From assembly GCA_043813605.1 (NCBI GenBank), contig JBDRKX010000083.1, positions 1-10,660 on the forward strand: a stretch of 10,660 nt of DNA, written 5' to 3'. Both the position numbers and the translations under genes were made by a program. This DNA is from Elusimicrobiota bacterium. GTDB taxonomy: Bacteria > CG03 > SLGR01 > JBDRKX01. The notes below the pieces were generated by a model. The model made no database searches. It was given only the letters and a program-made list of their open reading frames with translations, and was not told the origin of the DNA. This document shows positions 4,473 through 10,660 of the stretch, piece by piece. Each line of letters begins with the position of its first letter. Within the stretch, counting starts at the first letter, position 1.

Positions 4473-7400
4473 TTTTTTACTCCTTTTTTAAATCTTGTTT
4501 CTACTATTGAATAAAAAAGAGGTATCACAACAAGCGTAAAAAAAGTAGATGCAAGCAACCCTCCTATGACAGCTCTGGCAAGCGGATAACGCATCTCTGC
4601 TCCGTCTCCCGCGGCGAAAGCCATAGGTAACATTGCAAGTATAGTAGTAAGTGCAGTCATAAATATAGGCCGCATCCTGGTCCGGCCGGCTGTAATAATA
4701 GCCTCTCTTAATTCGACTCCTCTGGCTCTCAAAAGATTTGTGTAATCGACAAGTACGATACTGTTATTAACAACAATACCTACCATAATGACAACCCCTA
4801 TTATTGATATTATTGAAAGGCTCGTACCTGTAAAGAAGAACATCCATATAACTCCGATTATTGCAAGAGGTATGGTTAAAAATATTACAAAAGGATCAAG
4901 AAATGATTCAAACTGCGCCGCCATAACCATATATACAAGGACAACTGCGCCCAGCAAAGCCAGCGCCAGCCACATAAAAGCTTCTCTCTGATCTTTAGTC
5001 TCACCACCCAGTTTTACCATAAATCCATATGGTATGGTTATCCCCTCTATTTTCTTCTCAATAGCCCTGCTTATACCGCCCAGGTCTTTTCCTTTATAAT
5101 CAGCTGTTACTTTCACTATCCTTTCCTGCCCTTCACGATTTATGGAGACAGGCCCGACATCATTTACTATATCCGCAACGGTTTTCAATTTTACAATGCC
5201 TGTAGACCCAGCTATCGGCAGATTCTGAATCTGTTCTATTGATTCCCGGTCTTTTTCCTTGAGACGCACGGTAATCGGATATTCATCTCCGCCGTCTCTG
5301 AAATAACTTGCTGTTTTTCCTAACATATAAGCATCTACCTGCGAAGATATGCCGGCTGACGTAAGTCCCATTGTCCCCGCTCTTTTCTTATTCACGATTA
5401 TCCTGTATTCGGATTTCGCGTCTTCCAGATCCGAATGAGCATCGGTGACTCCGGGAACGGTTTCTATGGCATCCTTTATTTTTTGAGACAGTTCCCGTGC
5501 CGGATCAATATCATATCCTATTATCTTTACTTCAATGGGACTGCCGCTTCCGAACATCGCATGGCCGCCGCCCCCGAACCTTATTTTTGTACCGCTTATG
5601 TCACGAAGCTTTTCCCGGAGAGCATCTGTTATTTCAATCTGTGACCGTTTCCTTTTATCGAGTGAAATAAGCTGGATAGTTATCTCTGAAGTATGCGCGC
5701 CGCTCTCTCCGGACATTATCCACTGCCCCGGCCCGATGCTTGCCATTATATTCTTTATCTCCGGCACTTCTTTATAAATGATCTTTTCAATCTCATTTGT
5801 TTTCTCAATCGTTTTTTCAAGTTTTGTTCCTACCGGGAGCTCAATTTTAATACTGAGCTCCCCCTGATCCATCTTCGGCATTAATTCACTGGGCACCCAC
5901 CGTAGAGGGAATATAACCATAAGACTGAATATAAATGCCCCAGCAACAACAATCAGAGACCTTTTTCGCCGGTCAAGCACGTACTCCAATAATCCTGAAT
6001 AAGAATTTTCAAACGCCTTAAGGAACTTTCCACCAACACCTTTTTTTTTCGAAATTTCATTCTCTTTCTTTTTTGCCTTAAGAAACATCGAGCTCAGCAT
6101 CGGAATGAGCGTGAGTGCGGAAAACAGCGAGACAGTGAGAGATAAAGTTACTGTCATCGCCTGCTCCTTGAAAAGCACTCCGGCAATTCCCGGAACAAAA
6201 AATATCGGTATAAATACCGCTATTGTAGTCAATGTTGAAGCCATGATCGGCATAGCTACTTCACCTGTTCCCCAGATAGAACTTTCTGTCATCGTACGAC
6301 CGGATTCTGCATGACGGAATATGTTTTCAAGTACAACTACAGAATTATCTACAAGCATTCCAATAACAAGGGCCAAACCGCCCATAGACATAATATTAAG
6401 AGTCACGCCACCGACCCGCATAGCCACAAAACAGGCTATTATCGATATGGGTATTGAAAGAGCTATTATGATGGTTGCCCGGATATTTCTTAAAAATATC
6501 AATAGAATAAGAATAGCAAGTAGCCCTCCCATCAGAGCCACTTTAGACAGATTTTTTATGGATTCTTCAATATATTCCGAATTATCCCTGATTACCACAA
6601 AATCAATCCCTCTAGGCAGGTCTTTTTTGATATTATTGAGTTCTTTTCTTACTTTTCTTGCTGTTTCAACAGTATTGGCGCCGGAACGTTTCTGAACAAT
6701 AACCATCACAGCAGGGTTGCCGTTCATCTTTATCTCATTTGTCTTGTCTACATATGTATCGTTCAGAGCCGCAATATCCTTCAGGAATAGAGATATCCCG
6801 TTTTTCCTTGCAACTACAATATTCCCGACATCTTCGACAGTCTTGAACTCGTTATAATTGCGGATGGTGTATTCCATACTGCTTCTTTTGATCTTGCCGC
6901 CGGGATAATTTAAGTTCTCTCCCGCAATAGCGCTTATCACCTGCCCGACAGGAACTGCTATTCCCTCTATCTTGTTACTGTCCAGCTCTACTCTTATCTC
7001 TCTTGAAAGCCCACCCCCGGTAAACACCGTTGCTACACCATCTATATTCTCAAGTCTAGCTTCAACCTGGTCTTCGGAGATCTGTCTAAGGGTCCCAAGA
7101 TCATACGGTCCTGTAAGTCCCATAAACATGATAGGCATCATAGATAGATCAAATTTGAATATCATAGGCGCCCCTGCGTCTTCAGGCAGCGCCACCTTTA
7201 CCCTGTCTATGATAGCGCGGACATCGGCAACAGCCGTATCCATATTGGTACCCCAGGAGAACTCAACCGTAACGACGCTCCTGCCTTCACGGGAAGATGA
7301 TGTTACTTTTTTTACTCTGCTCACCGCTGAAACGCCCTCTTCTAAAGGCCGCGTGATAAGCGTCTCTATTTCAAGAGGGCCTGCCCCGGAATATTCTACC

Positions 7401-7543
7401 ATGACTGAAAGCCCTGGAAATGTTATATCTGGGAGAAGATCCGGTTTCAGCTGAAGTAAAGATATTAAGCCGAAACAGAGTATGGCCACAAACAGCATTA
7501 TGAAAGTTACCCTGCGGCGGACAGCAAGTTCGTATAGTTTCAT
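4469..7543 (-). CDS. RND efflux permease, AcrB/AcrD/AcrF family
   Basis: 1024 aa. LLPDITFP, GMLVDNSVVVLENIFRH, STLTTIAVFIP, YMVMAAQFES, GIVVNNSIVLVD and RMRPIFMTALTT motifs, with many hydrophobic TM segments. Confidence 0.96.
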   Translation of the reverse strand: MKLYELAVRRRVTFIMLFVAILCFGLISLLQLKPDLLPDITFPGLSVMVEYSGAGPLEIETLITRPLEEGVSAVSRVKKVTSSSREGRSVVTVEFSWGTNMDTAVADVRAIIDRVKVALPEDAGAPMIFKFDLSMMPIMFMGLTGPYDLGTLRQISEDQVEARLENIDGVATVFTGGGLSREIRVELDSNKIEGIAVPVGQVISAIAGENLNYPGGKIKRSSMEYTIRNYNEFKTVEDVGNIVVARKNGISLFLKDIAALNDTYVDKTNEIKMNGNPAVMVIVQKRSGANTVETARKVRKELNNIKKDLPRGIDFVVIRDNSEYIEESIKNLSKVALMGGLLAILILLIFLRNIRATIIIALSIPISIIACFVAMRVGGVTLNIMSMGGLALVIGMLVDNSVVVLENIFRHAESGRTMTESSIWGTGEVAMPIMASTLTTIAVFIPIFFVPGIAGVLFKEQAMTVTLSLTVSLFSALTLIPMLSSMFLKAKKKENEISKKKGVGGKFLKAFENSYSGLLEYVLDRRKRSLIVVAGAFIFSLMVIFPLRWVPSELMPKMDQGELSIKIELPVGTKLEKTIEKTNEIEKIIYKEVPEIKNIMASIGPGQWIMSGESGAHTSEITIQLISLDKRKRSQIEITDALREKLRDISGTKIRFGGGGHAMFGSGSPIEVKIIGYDIDPARELSQKIKDAIETVPGVTDAHSDLEDAKSEYRIIVNKKRAGTMGLTSAGISSQVDAYMLGKTASYFRDGGDEYPITVRLKEKDRESIEQIQNLPIAGSTGIVKLKTVADIVNDVGPVSINREGQERIVKVTADYKGKDLGGISRAIEKKIEGITIPYGFMVKLGGETKDQREAFMWLALALLGAVVLVYMVMAAQFESFLDPFVIFLTIPLAIIGVIWMFFFTGTSLSIISIIGVVIMVGIVVNNSIVLVDYTNLLRARGVELREAIITAGRTRMRPIFMTALTTILAMLPMAFAAGDGAEMRYPLARAVIGGLLASTFFTLVVIPLFYSIVETRFKKGVKK

Positions 7544-8439
7544 TTTCCCACCTCTCTTACCTCTTCGCTGTTTTTCAGAAAATGCTGGCCTTCTACTATA
7601 ACCCTGTCGCCGGGTTCAAGGCCGGAAACTATCTCTACCTCAGTACCCTGTCTATACCCTACTTCAACAGTACGCAATACAGCCTTAGTGTCTTCGAGTA
7701 AAAACACATGATACCCTTCACCGGCGATATCCTTTATCTTTGCTTCTTCCGGGATGAGAATTGCCTTATCTTTTGTGAGTACTATAACGTCCACCTCAGC
7801 GAACATTCCCGGACGCAGCATCATCGACTGGTTTTTAATTATCACTTCGCAGTATGCCGTGCGGCTGACTTCATCGAGAGAAATAGAAAGCCTGTTCACC
7901 CGCCCCCTGAAAACATCCTCCGAATATGCATCTACCCTGGCCTCTGCATATAATCCTTTCTTCATAGAATTAAAATCTTTTTCCGGAACATTGAAGCCTA
8001 TCTTTACGCTTTCAAGATTGGCTACAAGAGCAATAGGACTCTGGGGGGAAATACTGTCGCCTTTTTCCTTGTATATTCTGTTTATTATCCCGCCTATGGG
8101 GGTTTTAACCTTCAGCTTTTCATAATTCATCCCGGTAACTTCCCGGTCAATCAGAGCAACAACCTGGTCTTTTTCAACCCGATCTCCTTCATTCATAATA
8201 TTATCTACCAGCCTTCCGGCGGCTTCCGAATAAATGATAGCCTGGTCGCTTCCCCTGACGTCGCCGGCAAAAGAAAGCTTAACATCAAGCCTTCCGATCC
8301 TCGGATTTTCCGCTTTCACCGTGATTTTCTGGGACCCGCCGTTCTTCTTTATCTGACCTGTATTATGTTTAGGTATTCTTGAGAATACCAATCCAATAAA
8401 AGCCAGGGCTGCTGCTGCCAAAATTATTTTTCTTTTCAT
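7540..8439 (-). CDS. RND periplasmic adaptor (membrane fusion protein), short form
   Basis: N-terminal anchor, lipoyl halves (GRLVDNIMNEGDRVEKDQVVALID / KVKTPIGGII), LRPGMFAEV, GLEPGDRVIVEG. AAGGAG RBS. ATGA overlap with the permease. Confidence 0.93.
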   Translation of the reverse strand: MKRKIILAAAALAFIGLVFSRIPKHNTGQIKKNGGSQKITVKAENPRIGRLDVKLSFAGDVRGSDQAIIYSEAAGRLVDNIMNEGDRVEKDQVVALIDREVTGMNYEKLKVKTPIGGIINRIYKEKGDSISPQSPIALVANLESVKIGFNVPEKDFNSMKKGLYAEARVDAYSEDVFRGRVNRLSISLDEVSRTAYCEVIIKNQSMMLRPGMFAEVDVIVLTKDKAILIPEEAKIKDIAGEGYHVFLLEDTKAVLRTVEVGYRQGTEVEIVSGLEPGDRVIVEGQHFLKNSEEVREVGK

Positions 8440-8455
8440 CTTATGTATATCTCCT

Positions 8456-9748
8456 TTATTTTCCTGTTGCTTTTTTCAGCTCGGCATTTGCCACTATATA
8501 GTCGGCTTTGGACTGAAGCAGGTTCAGCATCGCTTCGATATGGGCAAGCTGCGTGTCCAGAAATTCCAGATTTGTAATAAGTCCGTTCCTATATCTTGTT
8601 TCAGCAATATCAAGAGCCTCTTTTGCCTGTTCTACATTCTTATTTTGAGACAATATCGTCTCTTCTTCCTGTTTAATTTTAAAAAACGCCTGTTCTACCT
8701 CCAGCCTTATGTTATCCTGCAGAAGCTGCATAGATATATCTATCTGATCAACCCGTGACCGGGCTTGAGCCACATCAGCGGACGTATAAAAACTTTTAAA
8801 CACCGGAATATTCACATTTAACATACAGTTCCAGCTGCTGCCCCATTCATCCATGCTCTGATACGGCCTGTCCATTTTGTAATTATAGCTTGCGATTAAT
8901 GAAGGGAGCCCTCCCGAACGGGCGATCTTTATGCTGTTGCGGGCTATCTTCTCACTTATTCTCATGCTCTTTATCTCAGGCCGGTTTTCCAGGGCCTCTT
9001 TCACGGCATCCTCAAATTCTACTGATACCGGCGCATATTCGAGCGCGCCTTCAAGTTTTATAACAGTCTCAGCCGACATCCCGATAAGTGTTTTTAATGT
9101 CGAAAATGCAAGTCTCAGGTTATTCCTTGCCCTTATCAGCGCCGGGTTCATATTCGCAAGCTGGACCTCGGCCCGCAGCATATCCAGTTTTGATGAGAGC
9201 CCGTTTTCATAACGCACCCTTACCTGGCCGGTATGTTTTTTCATCTGGTCATAGGATTCCTCATTCAGTTTAACCAGTTCTTCGGCAAGTACCGCATTAT
9301 AAAAGGCCCTGGTTACCGAATATACAGTACTATTCAATTCTTTATTATAGTCCTCTTTGGAGAGTTCAAGGCCGTACTTCGAGTTGGCATACGCGGAACT
9401 GTTTCTGAAGCCCGAAAAAATATACTGCTGCAGCGATGATGTTATGCCGAAATTATCAAGCTGCCCTGTCTTAAAATTAAGCCCTCCGCCGAGATTTACT
9501 TCAGAGACCTCATTAAGCCTGACATAATTACCGCTTATAGAGAGCGCGGGAAGCAATGCCGCGCGGGATTTTATCACTCCTGCCTCTGTTTCCGCTATCT
9601 TCTCCTTAACAATATCAAGGCCCTTATTGCTTGACAGCGCATATTCTATACTGTCTTCCAATGTAAGAACTTTTACTTCCGCACACACACTGTTAATGGT
9701 GACACAAATAAAAATAATTAAAAATATTACCTGTCTCATAAAATTCAC
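8456..9748 (-). CDS. TolC-family outer membrane efflux protein
   Basis: Signal peptide, LTLEDSIEYALSSN, LLPALS, RYENGLSSKLDMLRAEVQL and RYRNGLITNLEFLDTQ repeats. Start is either GTG 9748 (overlapping the MarR stop) or ATG 9739. Confidence 0.93.
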   Translation of the reverse strand: MNFMRQVIFLIIFICVTINSVCAEVKVLTLEDSIEYALSSNKGLDIVKEKIAETEAGVIKSRAALLPALSISGNYVRLNEVSEVNLGGGLNFKTGQLDNFGITSSLQQYIFSGFRNSSAYANSKYGLELSKEDYNKELNSTVYSVTRAFYNAVLAEELVKLNEESYDQMKKHTGQVRVRYENGLSSKLDMLRAEVQLANMNPALIRARNNLRLAFSTLKTLIGMSAETVIKLEGALEYAPVSVEFEDAVKEALENRPEIKSMRISEKIARNSIKIARSGGLPSLIASYNYKMDRPYQSMDEWGSSWNCMLNVNIPVFKSFYTSADVAQARSRVDQIDISMQLLQDNIRLEVEQAFFKIKQEEETILSQNKNVEQAKEALDIAETRYRNGLITNLEFLDTQLAHIEAMLNLLQSKADYIVANAELKKATGK

Positions 9749-10191
9749 CTTTCCTGATATTTAGATAATATCTTCGACAATCCGGCGATATGTCCAAGCA
9801 GTTCTTTCTTATCCCTGGCGGAGAGCCTGTTCAGTATTTTATTCATATTTTCAACATGTACATGTTTCATCTTATCTAAAAATACTTTACCTTTACCTGT
9901 TATCTTTATCCTTATGACTCTCCTGTCTTTGACACCCGGGCTTCTTTGTACAAATCCATAATTTTCCAGCTGATCTACAAGATGCGTCATCATAGCGTAT
10001 GAAACTGAGACATATTCCGCCAGATCACTCATCTTTAATGGTTCTTTCATAACTGCGCATAATATATGTATATGTACAGCACTCAGATTAACTTTTATCA
10101 TCTCTTTAGGTATTTTAAGCTTAAACAACCTAGCCAGCTTCGGCTGAAGTTCCATAAAATCCTTCATAGCATTATTCTTATCTTTTTCCAT
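9745..10191 (-). CDS. MarR-family transcriptional regulator
   Basis: 148 aa. LKMSDLAEYVSVSYAMMTHLVDQLENYGFVQR...DRRVIRIKITGKG winged helix. AAGGAG RBS 5 nt upstream. Confidence 0.93.
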   Translation of the reverse strand: MEKDKNNAMKDFMELQPKLARLFKLKIPKEMIKVNLSAVHIHILCAVMKEPLKMSDLAEYVSVSYAMMTHLVDQLENYGFVQRSPGVKDRRVIRIKITGKGKVFLDKMKHVHVENMNKILNRLSARDKKELLGHIAGLSKILSKYQER

Positions 10192-10219
10192 AGATACTCC
10201 TTTTGTTCAGTTTTTAAAT

Positions 10220-10263
10220 TATTTAATATCATAATATTTTAATATTTAAATTACATTTGTCAA
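10220..10263 (-). promoter_or_regulatory. Efflux operon promoter with candidate MarR operator
   Basis: TTGACA(10263-10258)-N16-TAAAAT(10241-10236). Near-palindrome ATTTTAATATTTAAAT (10236-10251, 14/16) overlaps the -10. TTTAATAT is repeated at 10222 and 10238. Confidence 0.6.
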
Positions 10264-10622
10264 ATTATCGGTCCCGGGTTTCTTTTTTTATGATACTTGA
10301 TATTTTATGCTGCCGGTTGGCCCTGATGATTGATAATAACACCGAAATCCTTCTTTTCAAGACTGGCTGAGTCTATGATGCGATGATTTTCCTGCAATTT
10401 ATCCGTAATCCCCATAAATAGAACTTCTCCTCTGCCAGAATAATTATTGTATGGGTTTGATAATGTTAGTGGGGCTGAAAATGGTGTTAGATATTGTGAC
10501 ATTATTAGGGTTTTAATGAATTTTGTCTCTATTCCCAAATTAATGGGTAAAAGTAGTTGAAGCATCGACTCAAGTTTGTTAAATTGTTTTTGTTACGAAA
10601 ACAAAACAAACGAGGAGAGCCG

Positions 10623-10660
10623 ATGCTTATAGAAACTTTAATAAAACATTGCCATGAAAT
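10623..10660 (+). CDS. 5' fragment of a gene running off the window (MLIETLIKHCHE...)
   Basis: GAGGAG RBS 10612-10617, ATG 10623, frame open to the window edge. Confidence 0.5.
   Translation, partial: MLIETLIKHCHE

Noticed and set aside
4236..9439. Many plus-strand ORFs opposite the efflux genes, and alternative-frame ORFs over the receivers and LSR
   Set aside because: Shadow ORFs of well-supported genes, with no recognisable motifs.
10305..10565. 86-aa ORF as an intact gene or tmRNA-like tag (ends QPAA)
   Set aside because: No RBS or family motif, frame closed upstream at 10593-10595, and no tRNA-like domain visible.

Overview
Two parts. Left (about 1-4.1 kb) is an accessory module built around a large serine recombinase (LSR, 2091..3530). 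It holds a divergent XRE/C-protein-like HTH gene, two paralogous stand-alone CheY-like receiver proteins with no kinase in the window, and a small basic hypothetical protein. The module is bracketed by an inverted, partly deleted copy of the recombinase's own 3' end (286..488 vs 3177..3510), which encodes an alternative in-frame C-terminal tail. A GC-rich, hairpin-dense non-coding stretch follows (about 3612..4065). Right (4182..10191, minus strand) is a MarR-led tripartite RND efflux operon: MarR, TolC-like, a hairpin-less periplasmic adaptor, AcrB/D/F-family permease and a PII-like accessory protein. A gene start at 10623 runs off the window edge. All calls come from reading the sequence by eye; no database searches were run.
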